A stretch of 64,000 nt of DNA from Dehalococcoidia bacterium (GCA_963555985.3 OY820591.1:2176001-2240000), one strand, 5' to 3'. Shown: positions 27,988 through 37,623, counted from the stretch's first letter. A program made the numbers and translations. Notes: generated from the letters alone by a model not told the origin.

Positions 27988-29226
27988 ATGCTGTCGCCCT
28001 ATCGAGTGCTTGATTTATCCGACGAACGGGGAATGTTGACCGGCCAAATCCTGGCCGATCTGGGAGCCGATGTCATTGCGGTTGAACCGCCGAACGGGTC
28101 CTCGGCACGATCGGTGGGGCCCTTCGCTGGTGACGATCCCAAGCCAGACCGCTCGCTCTACTGGTGGGCCTACGCCCGCAACAAGCGCGGCATCACCTGC
28201 AACCTCGATCACTCCGACGGCCAGGCTCTCATTCGCCAACTTGCGGCGACAGCCGACTTCGTGATCGAATCCGCCGATCCCGGCGCGATGGCCGCGCGCG
28301 GACTGGGCTACGACGACCTGGCCGCCGATCACGACGACCTGATCTACACCTCGATCTCCGCATTCGGCCAAACCGGACCAAAAGCCACCTATCAAGCCAC
28401 CGATCTCATCCTGATGGCCGCTGGCGGCCCGCTAATTCTCTCGGGCGGTGCCGGCGAAGCGCCCGTTCGCGTCTCCGTGCCGCAGGCCTGGAGCCACGCT
28501 TGCGGCGAAGCCGCGATCGCGACGATGGTCGCCCTGCGCGCGCGCAGCCAGATCGGACGCGGGCAGCACATCGATATCTCCGCCCAGCAATCAGTGGCCG
28601 CCGCGACGATGTCGGCCAATCTCGCCGCCTCGATCGGCGCCAGCGAGACAGCACGTGTCGCCGGCGGCATGGCCGTCGGTCCGTTCACGGGCAAGCTGAT
28701 CTGGGAGGCCGCCGATGGCTACATCTCCCTGACCTTCCTCTTCGGCTCCGGCATCGGGCCGTTCTCACGACGCTTGTTTGAGTGGATGTACGAAGAGGAC
28801 GAGTGTACGCAGGACGACCGTGACCTGGACTGGATCGGCCTGGGCGCGGAGTTCATTACCGGAGCGCGACCGCTCTCGGAATGGGATCGGCTGATGGACG
28901 TGGTCGGTGAGTTCTTGCGCAAGCGCACCCGCGCCGAACTGTTCGAGCAGGCGCAGGCTCGCTCGCTCCTGATCGTGCCGGTCACCACTGTCGACGAAGT
29001 CGCCGACTCCGAGCAGTTTGAGGCGCGCGAGTTCTGGCGCGAGCATGAGATGCCCGGCTGGCCTGAGTCGGTGCGATTCCCCGGACCCTTCGTCAAGCTC
29101 TCTAACCACCCGATCGAATACCGCCGCCGCGCGCCGTCGCTCGGCGAGCATAACGCCGAGGTCTACGGCGAACTCGGACTCAACGCCGACGCGCTCAACG
29201 ACCTCCGAGAACGAGGGGTGATCTGA
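27988..29226 (+). CDS. Family III CoA-transferase, BbsE-like subunit
   Basis: ADLGADVIAVEPP, RNKRGITCNL; no Asp at the catalytic position (VPQAWSHA). Confidence 0.88.
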   Translation: MLSPYRVLDLSDERGMLTGQILADLGADVIAVEPPNGSSARSVGPFAGDDPKPDRSLYWWAYARNKRGITCNLDHSDGQALIRQLAATADFVIESADPGAMAARGLGYDDLAADHDDLIYTSISAFGQTGPKATYQATDLILMAAGGPLILSGGAGEAPVRVSVPQAWSHACGEAAIATMVALRARSQIGRGQHIDISAQQSVAAATMSANLAASIGASETARVAGGMAVGPFTGKLIWEAADGYISLTFLFGSGIGPFSRRLFEWMYEEDECTQDDRDLDWIGLGAEFITGARPLSEWDRLMDVVGEFLRKRTRAELFEQAQARSLLIVPVTTVDEVADSEQFEAREFWREHEMPGWPESVRFPGPFVKLSNHPIEYRRRAPSLGEHNAEVYGELGLNADALNDLRERGVI

Positions 29227-30474
29227 ATGACCACGACACTCCCGAACGTCCCTGCCGTTCCGACAGAAGGCGCACTCGCGGGCCTGAAGGTGCTGGACCT
29301 GATGTGGGTCGTTGCAGGTCCCACTGCGACTCGCGCGATGGCCGACTTTGGCGCGACCGTCGTGCGGATCGAGTCCGCCAACCGGATCGAGACGGCGCGC
29401 GGGATCGGGCCGTACCACAACAACGGGCAGGGTCCGGATCACTCCGGGCTGTTCGGCAACATGAACGCGAACAAGCTCGGTCTATCGCTCAACCTCGGTA
29501 CTCAAGAAGCGCGCGATGTCTTGCTGGATCTCATCAAGTGGTGCGACGTCCTCACAGAGTCGTTCTCGCCCCGCGCGATGCGCGCTTGGGGAATGGACTA
29601 TGACGCTCTGCGTGAGATCAGGCCTGACCTGATCATGCTCTCGACCTGCCTCTTCGGGCAGGCGGGGCCGCTCTCGCGGGTAGCCGGCTTTGGCACGATG
29701 GGAGCGGCGATCGGCGGTTACATTGCGCTCGCCGGCAACCCCGGCGGCGCGCCGATCGGGCCCTATTCCGCCTACACCGACTACCTCTCACCCCGCTTCG
29801 CGCTGCCCACGATCTTGGCTGCGCTCGATCATCGGGATCGCACCGGCGAGGGCGTCTACATCGACCAGGCGCAGGCCGAGTCGTCGCTGCACTTCATGAG
29901 CACAGCGCTGCTCGATTACACGATCAACGGGCGCGTCCCGCAGCTGGTCGCCAACGCCGATCCGGTGATGGCTCCGCATGGCTGCTACCGAACCGATGGC
30001 GACGACGATTGGGTCGCGATTGCGGTACGCGACGATCACGACTGGGCCAACCTCTGCGCCGCGATGGGGCAAGGCGAACTCACCTGCGATGATCGCTTCG
30101 CCGACCTGGATGCGCGTAAGGCGAATGAAGATGAGCTCAACGGCATCGTCGCGGAGTGGACATCCACACACGGTGCGATCGAGATTGAGTACATGCTGCA
30201 AGCGTTCGGTGTGCCCGCTCACGCCGTCTCGAACAGCTCCGCGGCCGTCGCGGATCCGCAGTTGCAGCACCGAGGCCACTTCATCGCGATCGAGCATCCC
30301 GAGCACGGCGCAACGACGATCGAGGCGGCGAAGGGGCGGATGTCCGAGACTCCGCCCAGCTACCGCTCGGCGGCGCCCTCGATCGGGCGGGATAACGATC
30401 TCGTGCTGAGAGAGATCCTCGGTTACGACGACGAACGCATCGCCGAACTGGTCATCGCCGACGCGCTGACCTAG
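29227..30474 (+). CDS. Family III CoA-transferase, BbsF-like subunit
   Basis: VAGP..ADFGATVVRIES, NANKLGLSLNL, YTDY with catalytic Asp. Confidence 0.9.
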   Translation: MTTTLPNVPAVPTEGALAGLKVLDLMWVVAGPTATRAMADFGATVVRIESANRIETARGIGPYHNNGQGPDHSGLFGNMNANKLGLSLNLGTQEARDVLLDLIKWCDVLTESFSPRAMRAWGMDYDALREIRPDLIMLSTCLFGQAGPLSRVAGFGTMGAAIGGYIALAGNPGGAPIGPYSAYTDYLSPRFALPTILAALDHRDRTGEGVYIDQAQAESSLHFMSTALLDYTINGRVPQLVANADPVMAPHGCYRTDGDDDWVAIAVRDDHDWANLCAAMGQGELTCDDRFADLDARKANEDELNGIVAEWTSTHGAIEIEYMLQAFGVPAHAVSNSSAAVADPQLQHRGHFIAIEHPEHGATTIEAAKGRMSETPPSYRSAAPSIGRDNDLVLREILGYDDERIAELVIADALT

Positions 30475-30476
30475 CG

Positions 30477-30911
30477 CTAGAGATAATGCCGTAGCAGCGG
30501 CGTGAATCCGGCCCGCGCAAACTCTTGGTCGGCAGTCAGGATGCTGGTAATGCCATACTCCCGCATCACCTGGATGGCGACGCAATCTTGTAGGGAGAAG
30601 CTGGAGTCGGCGAATTCGCCGGCGTAGAGATCGAGCGCCACGGTCATGAGTTGCGGACTCTCCGCGATCACGGTGTAGCGATCCTCCGTGGCAAGCGCCT
30701 GGAGCCGAACCGCAATACGTGTGCGGATTTGAGGCTTGGAGCGAGAGTAGCGCGCCAACGTTTCGGCGAAGATGCCATACGTAGTCAGATATTGCTGACT
30801 CGGCCGAATGTCGGCGGCGGCGCGCAGAGCCGGAATGCGCCGCTGGTCTTCAACTCTGTTGATTGCGATGTAGTAGACGCTGTCAACGAAGATGGGAGAC
30901 GGAGCATCCAT
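30477..30911 (-). CDS. PIN/VapC family toxin
   Basis: IFVDSVYYIA, IFAE, FSLQDCVAIQVM, LTADQEFARAGF. Confidence 0.85.
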   Translation of the reverse strand: MDAPSPIFVDSVYYIAINRVEDQRRIPALRAAADIRPSQQYLTTYGIFAETLARYSRSKPQIRTRIAVRLQALATEDRYTVIAESPQLMTVALDLYAGEFADSSFSLQDCVAIQVMREYGITSILTADQEFARAGFTPLLRHYL

Positions 30912-31127
30912 CAGCACTCAGGCATCCCAAACTTGCGCCTGAGAAATCTGTCAATCTCCTCCTTGGCGTCGCCCAACTCCTCCTCGTCCGTAACGACCTG
31001 GAGGCTCAAGTAGCGCTTCCTGAGCCGAAGGCGCGTCGGGCGGCAGCGGCTTGAGCGGCACATACCAGCTTGGACGCCGGCGCGCTTGATCGGCGTCTAC
31101 GCCATTCTGGGGCGGTTCGTCAGTCAT
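30911..31127 (-). pseudogene. Probable antitoxin with a frameshift
   Basis: ATG at 31127 and the TGA overlapping the PIN start span 217 nt, so they are out of frame; C-terminal frame reads ..VTDEEELGDAKEEIDRFLRRKFGMPEC*. Confidence 0.55.
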
Positions 31128-31146
31128 CGACGGCTCCGGTTCGATC

Positions 31147-31531
31147 CTAGGGCCTGTTTACACAACCACGAGCGCGGTCGGCCCGCACGAGCGCTGGTCT
31201 CGAGGCTGAGCCTCGGCGCTCCCGTCCCCGCCCTCCGCAACCGAGCCGAAACCGGGTATGCTCAGAACATATACGCGCACGAATCCAATGGGAGACCGCT
31301 GTGTCCCACAAACGACTCGCTCCAAACCTGAACAGTGCTGGACATGCCCGGATTCTCCTGGAAAAAATCTGCCCGAATCGAGATCAATCCGGACAGATCT
31401 GGACAAATCTGGACAAATCCAGACCCTCGAACGCACGATCCTCAGCGCTCGCCAGGAGATCCGCTCAATTCCTCCGAAATTCTCCCGCCAAACAGCGCCG
31501 ACGCACTTCGCGCAGTCTGAACAGGTCCTAG
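31147..31531 (+). mobile_element. Non-autonomous element with IS5-like TIRs, SOS-box-like promoter and 10-bp phased repeats (copy A)
   Basis: CTAGGGCCTGTTTACAC / GTCTGAACAGGTCCTAG (14/17 inverted match); TATGCT-C-AGAACATATACG; (TCTGGACAAA)n. Confidence 0.75.
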
Positions 31532-31607
31532 CCTGCTGACGATGTGCGCGGTGATTGGGTAGCCTCTGCGGGCGAAGGTTGGCGTGTCAACTGGAGAGAG
31601 GTGTCCC

Positions 31608-32414
31608 ATGGCAGGACGACTGGACGGCAAGGTTGCGGTGATCACCGGAGCCGGCTCGGGGATGGGTCGCGCGACGGCGGAACTGTTCGCCGAGGAAGGC
31701 GCGCGGGTGGTGATCGTCGACCGCTGGGCCGAGCGCGCCGAGGATGCGGCCGCAGGCATCGGTTCGGAGGCCATCGCCGTCACTGCCGACGTCGCCAATG
31801 GTGAGGACGTCCAGTCCATGTATGCCGCCGCCGTGAGTCACTTCGGCGGGGTCAACGTGATCTACAACAACGCCGGCATTGGCGGGCGCGAGGACAACAT
31901 CCGCGATTGTCCTGAAGAAGTGTTCGACGAGATCATGTCGATCAACCTGCGCGGCGTCTGGCTGGGGATGAAGTACGGCATTCCCCACTTGGAGCGCGCC
32001 GGCGGCGGTTCGATTATCTCGACCGCATCGGTCGCCGGACTTTCCGGACTTGCCGGGATCGCCGTCTATTGCGCTTCGAAGGGCGGAGTAATTGCCTTGA
32101 CCCGCGCGGCGGCCGGCGAGTGGGCGGTGAAGGGAATTCGGATCAACTGCATCTGTCCGGGCGCGATTGCGACGCGGATCGGCGACAACTCGCAAGGTCC
32201 GCAGGACCCGGCGGCACTCGAGCGCCGCCGCGAGCGGAACGCCGATGTCCATCCGCTGGGACGCTCGGGCGAAGGCTCTGATATCGCCCAGACGGCGCTG
32301 TACCTCGCATCGGACGAGTCCTCGTTCGTGACCGGACAGGCCATCGTGGTCGACGGCGGCTGGACCGCGGTCGACCGGCGCTGGTTCGACCTGACCGGAC
32401 TCGACTTCAGCTAA
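31608..32414 (+). CDS. Short-chain dehydrogenase/reductase
   Basis: TGAGSGMG, NNAG, YCASKGG, VVDGG. Confidence 0.95.
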   Translation: MAGRLDGKVAVITGAGSGMGRATAELFAEEGARVVIVDRWAERAEDAAAGIGSEAIAVTADVANGEDVQSMYAAAVSHFGGVNVIYNNAGIGGREDNIRDCPEEVFDEIMSINLRGVWLGMKYGIPHLERAGGGSIISTASVAGLSGLAGIAVYCASKGGVIALTRAAAGEWAVKGIRINCICPGAIATRIGDNSQGPQDPAALERRRERNADVHPLGRSGEGSDIAQTALYLASDESSFVTGQAIVVDGGWTAVDRRWFDLTGLDFS

Positions 32415-32454
32415 GTGCGGTCAGCGGTCAACGGAGAGCAGATCGGAGTTGATC

Positions 32455-33252
32455 ATGGCAGGACGACTTGAGGGCAAGACGGCAGTGATTACCGGCGCGG
32501 CGTCGGGGCTTGGCGAGGCTTCGGCGCGGCTCTTCGCAGAGGAGGGGGCGAACGTGATGATCGCCGATCGCGACGCCTCGCGCGGACCGTGGGTGGCGGA
32601 GCAGATCGGATCGCAGGCGGCGTTCATCGAGACCGACGTGCGCCGCGGCGAGGACGTACAGGCGATGTTCCGCGCGGCGGTTGACCGCTGGGGGCAAGTG
32701 GACGTGATCTACAACAACGCCGGCGTGGGTGGATCCGAGGGGAACATCCGCGACTGCCCGGAGAAGACGTACGACCTCGTCTCCGACGTGAATATTCGCG
32801 GAGTTTGGCTGGGGATGAAATACGGGATTCCGCATCTGGAACGGGCAGGCGGCGGTTCGATCATCGTGACGGCCTCGATTGCAGGTGTGCAGGGAGTGCC
32901 GGGCGTGGCCGCATACGCCGCCTCGAAGGGTGCGGTGATTGCGATGGTGCAGGCGGCGGCGGGCGAGTGGGCGTCGAAGGGGATCCGGGTGAACTGCATC
33001 TGTCCGGGCAGCATTGTCACGGGTCAAGGCTCGCGCACTCCTGAACAGCTTGAGCAGACACGGCAGATCTGGGCGTCGCGCTACGCCATGGGGCGGGCCG
33101 GAGAGGCGATCGACATCGCACAAGCGGCGCTGTTCCTGGCCTCCGACGCTTCCAGCTTGATTACCGGTCAGAAGCTGGTCGTCGACGGCGGCTGGACAGC
33201 CTTCGACCCGCGCTGGGACGAGGCGATGGGTAACGACTGGTCCAAGGTCTGA
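32455..33252 (+). CDS. Short-chain dehydrogenase/reductase (tandem paralog)
   Basis: TGAASGLG, NNAG, YAASKGA; shares GVWLGMKYGIPHLERAGGGSII with previous gene. Confidence 0.95.
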   Translation: MAGRLEGKTAVITGAASGLGEASARLFAEEGANVMIADRDASRGPWVAEQIGSQAAFIETDVRRGEDVQAMFRAAVDRWGQVDVIYNNAGVGGSEGNIRDCPEKTYDLVSDVNIRGVWLGMKYGIPHLERAGGGSIIVTASIAGVQGVPGVAAYAASKGAVIAMVQAAAGEWASKGIRVNCICPGSIVTGQGSRTPEQLEQTRQIWASRYAMGRAGEAIDIAQAALFLASDASSLITGQKLVVDGGWTAFDPRWDEAMGNDWSKV

Positions 33253-33270
33253 GCGCGACTCGCCACGGCC

Positions 33271-33705
33271 TCAATCGGGAGTCGCCGACCAGGCAGTGAC
33301 GCGCTCCGCCCTGAGGCGCAGCAGCGGGCGCTCTTCGAGACCCATCTCGGCGTATTGGGGGTACTTGTTGCGCAGGGCGCTGATCGCTGTCCGTGCTTCC
33401 GATTCGTCCCATTGGCTTGGCCAGAGGGCGTCGGCGGGCCCGCGCAGCAGGATCCACCAGAGGCGCGACCAGTCATCGTCATAGTGATCGACCAGGAGCG
33501 CGGCGCGGGGATTGGACTCGATGTTGGTCAAACGGCGCAGACGCAGCGTCGTCTTGGGTTTCTCGTCGATCGCGATGTAGACGTGATCACCCACGAGCGC
33601 GAACACGACCGGAATCAGGTGCGGGTCGCCGTCGGGCGAGGCCGTCGCCAGGTGTCCGGCCCGAGCCGATTCGAGTTGCGGGCGAACGTCGTCAAGGGTA
33701 GTCAT
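33271..33705 (-). CDS. PPOX-class probable F420-dependent enzyme (TIGR03668-like)
   Basis: [42 protein letters not shown]. Confidence 0.9.
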   Translation of the reverse strand: MTTLDDVRPQLESARAGHLATASPDGDPHLIPVVFALVGDHVYIAIDEKPKTTLRLRRLTNIESNPRAALLVDHYDDDWSRLWWILLRGPADALWPSQWDESEARTAISALRNKYPQYAEMGLEERPLLRLRAERVTAWSATPD

Positions 33706-33752
33706 CGCAGCCTCATATACTCCCCGCGAACAGCCCAACAGAGGAGGCCGCC

Positions 33753-34043
33753 ATGCCTGAACGACGCAAATTGGATGATGCCGAAGTGAGTGAGCGGCTG
33801 GCCGAAATCCCCGGCTGGAGCTTTGCCGACAACCAACTCAACCGCGAGTTCCAGTTCGGCAACTTCGTCCAGGCCTTCGGGTTTATGTCCTCGGTCGCCC
33901 TGCTCGCAGAGAAGCTTGACCATCACCCTAACTGGTCGAACGTCTACAACCGCGTGCAGATCGGGCTGAACACGCACGACGCCGGCGGGGTGACGGAGTT
34001 CGACTTCGTGCTCGCGTCGCAGATCAACGACGCGGCCGGCTAG
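33753..34043 (+). CDS. Pterin-4a-carbinolamine dehydratase
   Basis: [26 protein letters not shown]. Confidence 0.93.
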   Translation: MPERRKLDDAEVSERLAEIPGWSFADNQLNREFQFGNFVQAFGFMSSVALLAEKLDHHPNWSNVYNRVQIGLNTHDAGGVTEFDFVLASQINDAAG

Positions 34044-35017
34044 CGTTCCGCGAGCAGCTTTCGCAACTGAGCCCGCGTTGCGTTCGCGCCGCTGATCACG
34101 ATCACCACGCGGCGGCCCGCGATCCGCTGCTGCTCTTGCTCAGCCGCTGCAATTGCAACGGCACCGGACGGCTCGGCCATCACGTGCTGCGTGTCCCAGA
34201 GCAGGCGCACCGCGTCGAGAATCTGGTCGTCGTCGACGAGGATGAAGTCGTTCAGGCTGGCCCGCAGGATGTCGATGGCGAACCGAAACGGGGTACCAGT
34301 CGCCAGTCCTTCGGCGATGCTTGCGTTTGGGCGATCTTCGATCCGGCCGGAGCGCCAGGCGTCGTGCGCCGCCGGCGACTGCGCCGATTGCGCAGCCCAG
34401 ACCTCTGCTGGATGACCGAGACCATCTCGGACTGTCACCCAGCCGCTTGAGCCGGTGCCGCCTCCCAACGGCAGCAGGACCAGGTCGGTTTCGGGTTGTT
34501 GGGTTTCGAGGACTTCCAGTGCTGCTGTGCCCACTCCCGCGATCAGTTTGGGTTCTTCGACCGGCTCGACGTAGCGCGCGCCGCGCTCGGCAGCGAACTC
34601 CTCGGCGCGACGGCGCGATTCATCGAAGCGCTCGCCGACGAGCTCGACCCGCCCGCCCAATCGCTCGATCGCCGCAATCTTGTCCGTGTTCGCGTCGGTC
34701 GGCATGAAGATGGTCACTTCCGCGCCCACGGCGGCCGCGCCAAACGCGATCGACTGGCCATGGTTCCCGGTCGAAGACGTGACGAGTCCTAGCTTCCGCT
34801 CTTCGGGCGAGAGCAGGGAGGCGAAGTAGACGCCGCCGCGCACCTTGAAGGCGGAGGTTGGGGTCATGCACTCCAGCTTGAGGGAGATGTCCGCCTGCCA
34901 ACGCTGCGACAGGCCCGGGCTGCGCACGAGCGGGGTCGGCAGTGACAAGCGCTTGCTGATCAGCTCATGCGCACGCCGGACATCGTCCAAGGTTGGCGGG
35001 ACCAGTGCGCCGCTCAT
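34040..35017 (-). CDS. Threonine/serine dehydratase-like PLP enzyme
   Basis: [33 protein letters not shown]. Confidence 0.9.
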   Translation of the reverse strand: MSGALVPPTLDDVRRAHELISKRLSLPTPLVRSPGLSQRWQADISLKLECMTPTSAFKVRGGVYFASLLSPEERKLGLVTSSTGNHGQSIAFGAAAVGAEVTIFMPTDANTDKIAAIERLGGRVELVGERFDESRRRAEEFAAERGARYVEPVEEPKLIAGVGTAALEVLETQQPETDLVLLPLGGGTGSSGWVTVRDGLGHPAEVWAAQSAQSPAAHDAWRSGRIEDRPNASIAEGLATGTPFRFAIDILRASLNDFILVDDDQILDAVRLLWDTQHVMAEPSGAVAIAAAEQEQQRIAGRRVVIVISGANATRAQLRKLLAER

Positions 35018-35541
35018 GAGCGGTACTTCGCGCGCTGGGCGTCTTGTTGAGCTGCGATGGTCTCAGCCGAGCGGAAGTAGATGTCGGGCGGGTCCCAACC
35101 GTTGAGTCCGGCGTAGGTGTCGATCTGGGAACGATGGTGGATGTCGTGTTCCATCATCATCAGCAGCACCCGCCAGCCGTTGAGGGTGGCACCGGGCGTG
35201 TCGATCATTTCGACCTGGCGGGTCAGTCCCTGCGGCCCGACTTCGCGCACGAGTTGCGAAAACTGCTCGAAGCTGTCGTTCAGAGCCGGGGCCCACAGTT
35301 CGGAGCGGCTCACGTCTGGCGGCTCGGGCGAGATCCAGCCTTCTTGCCGGTAGGCGCTGGCGAAGTAGAGGCGCGAGCCGCACATGTGGCCAATGAGTTT
35401 GTTGATTGACCAGGCGTTCTCGCCTTCTCCGCCGACGGGCGTCCAGCCGTCGGCCTCCGGCGGCAAGGCGGTGACATCGCGCACGGCGCGGTTGTTGACC
35501 GAGCGAAAGTAGCGCAGAAACACGTCGATGTCGGTAAACAC
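35014..35541 (-). CDS. DinB family protein
   Basis: WSINKLIGH...MEHDIHHRSQI. Confidence 0.85.
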   Translation of the reverse strand: MFTDIDVFLRYFRSVNNRAVRDVTALPPEADGWTPVGGEGENAWSINKLIGHMCGSRLYFASAYRQEGWISPEPPDVSRSELWAPALNDSFEQFSQLVREVGPQGLTRQVEMIDTPGATLNGWRVLLMMMEHDIHHRSQIDTYAGLNGWDPPDIYFRSAETIAAQQDAQRAKYRS

Positions 35542-35542
35542 G

Positions 35543-36262
35543 TCAGATTGCCTTCCGCTCGAGGAGTTGATCGAAGCTGGGTTGTTCGTGCGGCTGGAGC
35601 AGGCTGGGATCGTCGTTTCGGACCGAGTTCACGCGCGGCGAGACCGTCGTCGAGATGAAGGCGTCATTCGGCGCTGCGACGAGCAGCGCGCTCAATGCGT
35701 TCACGTCCTTCGCCGTCGGATCGAGCCAATCGTCGAGCCGATCCTGTGGCATCACGACCGGCATCCGCTGGTGAATTGCAGCCAGCGTATCGTTCGCATC
35801 GGTAGTGAGGATCGCGAACGTCGTCTGCGGCTGCTCCTGCTCCGGGTACCAGAGCTCGTAGAGGCCGGCGAAGAGAAACGGCTCGCGATCGGCGTGATGG
35901 ATCCAGTGCGGCTGACGCGCGTCTTTGGGGCCGCTCCACTCGTACCAGCCGTCGGCCGGGACGACGCAGCGCTTTCGCTTGAATGGGCGAGCATAAGCGC
36001 GTGAGGTTGCGGCCGTCTCGGAACGAGCGTTGATCTGGCGACCGGCTCGCTTTGCATCCTTGGCCCAGCTGTTCACGAGTCCCCAGCGTGCCGTCTCAGC
36101 AGCGAAATTCTCGCCGCCCGCGTGAACGATCGGGTGCTCTTGCGTGGGCGCGACGTTGTACCGGGGTTGGTGCGGGACGCCGGTGAACAACGTCTCTGCC
36201 AGTTGCTGCGCTGCCGCAACCAGCTCGAGCGTCTCGACCGTGAGCGTGAAGCGTCCGCACAT
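35543..36262 (-). CDS. SOS response-associated peptidase (SRAP/YedK)
   Basis: MCGRF start, YNVAPT, INARSET, ADGWYEW, IHQRMPV. Confidence 0.95.
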   Translation of the reverse strand: MCGRFTLTVETLELVAAAQQLAETLFTGVPHQPRYNVAPTQEHPIVHAGGENFAAETARWGLVNSWAKDAKRAGRQINARSETAATSRAYARPFKRKRCVVPADGWYEWSGPKDARQPHWIHHADREPFLFAGLYELWYPEQEQPQTTFAILTTDANDTLAAIHQRMPVVMPQDRLDDWLDPTAKDVNALSALLVAAPNDAFISTTVSPRVNSVRNDDPSLLQPHEQPSFDQLLERKAI

Positions 36263-36371
36263 GCACCCAGTCTAGCCAGCGGTGAAGTCTGCGGGCGGTT
36301 GGAGGTTCATATCCCGGCCTGCGCCTAGCATGAAATCTCAAGCGAGAGCGAGTATCGATTGGAAATGCCGT

Positions 36372-37178
36372 ATGAACACTGAGGCGACGGTGCTTCTGGA
36401 CAAGTACGACGACGGGGTGGCGTTGATCACGCTGAACCGCCCTGAGCGGCTGAATGCGTTTGGGGATGACCTGCTCCAGCGGCTGAGCGAAGCGCTGGTC
36501 GATTGCGATGACGATCCGCAGGTTCGCTGCGTCGCCTTGACCGGCGCGGGGCGCGGGTTCTCGGCGGGGGCGGATATCAACAACATGGGCCGGCGCTCGG
36601 ACGGGCCGCCGCCCGGGCCGGGCGTCGTCAACCGCCGCAGTCATCGCAGCCAGATGCAGACGTCGGGAATGCTGCATGAGATGGGCACGCCGACAGTGTC
36701 GCTGGTCAACGGACCGGCCGCGGGCGGCGGCCTCGGTTTGTGTCTGGCGACCGACTTTCGAATCGCTTCCGAGCGCGCCCGTTTCGTGACCGCGTTCCGC
36801 AACATCGGCGTTTCCGGCGACTACGGCGTCGCCTGGTTCTTGCAGCACATGGTCGGCAGCACCCGCGCCCGAGAACTGCTGATGCTCGATCACCGGATCA
36901 ACGCCGATGAGGCCCAGGCGCTCGGCATCGTGACCAAGGTCGTGCCGCACGACGAATTGTTGCCGCAAGGCCTGGAGTTTTGCCGGGAGATTGCGCAGGG
37001 ACCGACGGCGGTACTGGCGATGATGAAGTGGACGCTGAATTTCGCGGCCACCTCGAACCTGAGCGACTCGCTCTATCAGGAGGGTTCGCACGTGATGCTG
37101 TCGTTCACGGGCGAGGACAATAAAGAGGCGGCGAAGGCGTTCCTGGAGAAGCGTTCGCCGCGATTCGTCGGCCGCTAG
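36372..37178 (+). CDS. Enoyl-CoA hydratase/isomerase family protein
   Basis: TLNRPERLNA, GAGRGFSAGADI, VNGPAAGGG. Confidence 0.92.
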   Translation: MNTEATVLLDKYDDGVALITLNRPERLNAFGDDLLQRLSEALVDCDDDPQVRCVALTGAGRGFSAGADINNMGRRSDGPPPGPGVVNRRSHRSQMQTSGMLHEMGTPTVSLVNGPAAGGGLGLCLATDFRIASERARFVTAFRNIGVSGDYGVAWFLQHMVGSTRARELLMLDHRINADEAQALGIVTKVVPHDELLPQGLEFCREIAQGPTAVLAMMKWTLNFAATSNLSDSLYQEGSHVMLSFTGEDNKEAAKAFLEKRSPRFVGR

Positions 37179-37183
37179 CCCCA

Positions 37184-37220
37184 GAAAAACCGAACCCCGG
37201 GGGGTGAACCCCGGGGTCGG
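37184..37220 (-). terminator. Intrinsic terminator of the riboswitch transcript
   Basis: Minus strand CCGACCCCGGGG-TTCAC-CCCCCGGGGTTCGG followed by TTTTT. Confidence 0.8.
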
Positions 37221-37437
37221 CCAGGAGGAGGGGCAGGGCGAGCGAGAAACCACTGCCCCTGAGTTCGTCGGGCGGTCGTTCCCGACAGGACTCGCATGTT
37301 GGCGGCCGCTGGCTGCCGAGGCAGGGGTGTGGGTTCGTTGCGCGTCGTGACGGGTTAACCGCAAAGAGCCAACCGCTGCATCCACCATGAGTGGCGGACA
37401 GACTCGGCTGGCTCCCGACGAAGCGCGGACCTCCCTC
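37221..37437 (-). ncRNA. Candidate structured RNA or long expression platform downstream of the c-di-AMP aptamer
   Basis: Several stems (AGGGGCAG/CTGCCCCT, TTCGTCGGG/CCCGACGAA, GTTGGC/GCCAAC); no credible ORF. Confidence 0.45.
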
Positions 37438-37576
37438 GGTCGCCTACGGGGTTAGCTGACGGGTTCGGCGCGAGAGAGTGCGCCTGGGAGCCAAAGCTCC
37501 GTTCACCCCAAGTGATGGGTCCCCCGTTTCCCGCAGTCGAAGCGCTCGCGCTGCCTCGCTGGGGAATTCGGCCGTC
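37438..37576 (-). promoter_or_regulatory. c-di-AMP (ydaO/yuaA) riboswitch aptamer
   Basis: GCCGAATTC..GGAAACGGGGGACCCA..TTGGGGTGAA..CCGAACCCGTCAGCTAACCCCGTAGGC consensus blocks in order. Confidence 0.93.
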
Positions 37577-37593
37577 TATTCAGTTGTGCGTTC

Positions 37594-37623
37594 AGAGTAA
37601 CGGGCGCGAACACGAATTGCCAA
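37594..37623 (-). promoter_or_regulatory. Sigma70-type promoter for the riboswitch transcript
   Basis: TTGGCA-N18-TACTCT just upstream of the aptamer. Confidence 0.6.

Noticed and set aside
31380-31430. Short tandem repeats as a CRISPR array
   Set aside because: 10-bp units with no spacers and no cas genes; no CRISPR array seen anywhere in the window
31258-31539. Short ORFs in elements A, B and C as real proteins
   Set aside because: Similar peptides (NLDKSGQI) arise in multiple frames from the 10-bp DNA period; no conserved frame between copies
36096-37388. 430-aa minus-strand ORF as the gene controlled by the riboswitch
   Set aside because: It crosses the terminator, is antisense to the enoyl-CoA hydratase, and has no RBS at its start or protein-like features
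37221-37437. Identity with raiA-motif, Ms1 or 6S RNA
   Set aside because: Only short word matches (CGAACCCAC, AGTCCTG); the conserved blocks and overall fold could not be matched by eye, so it is left unassigned
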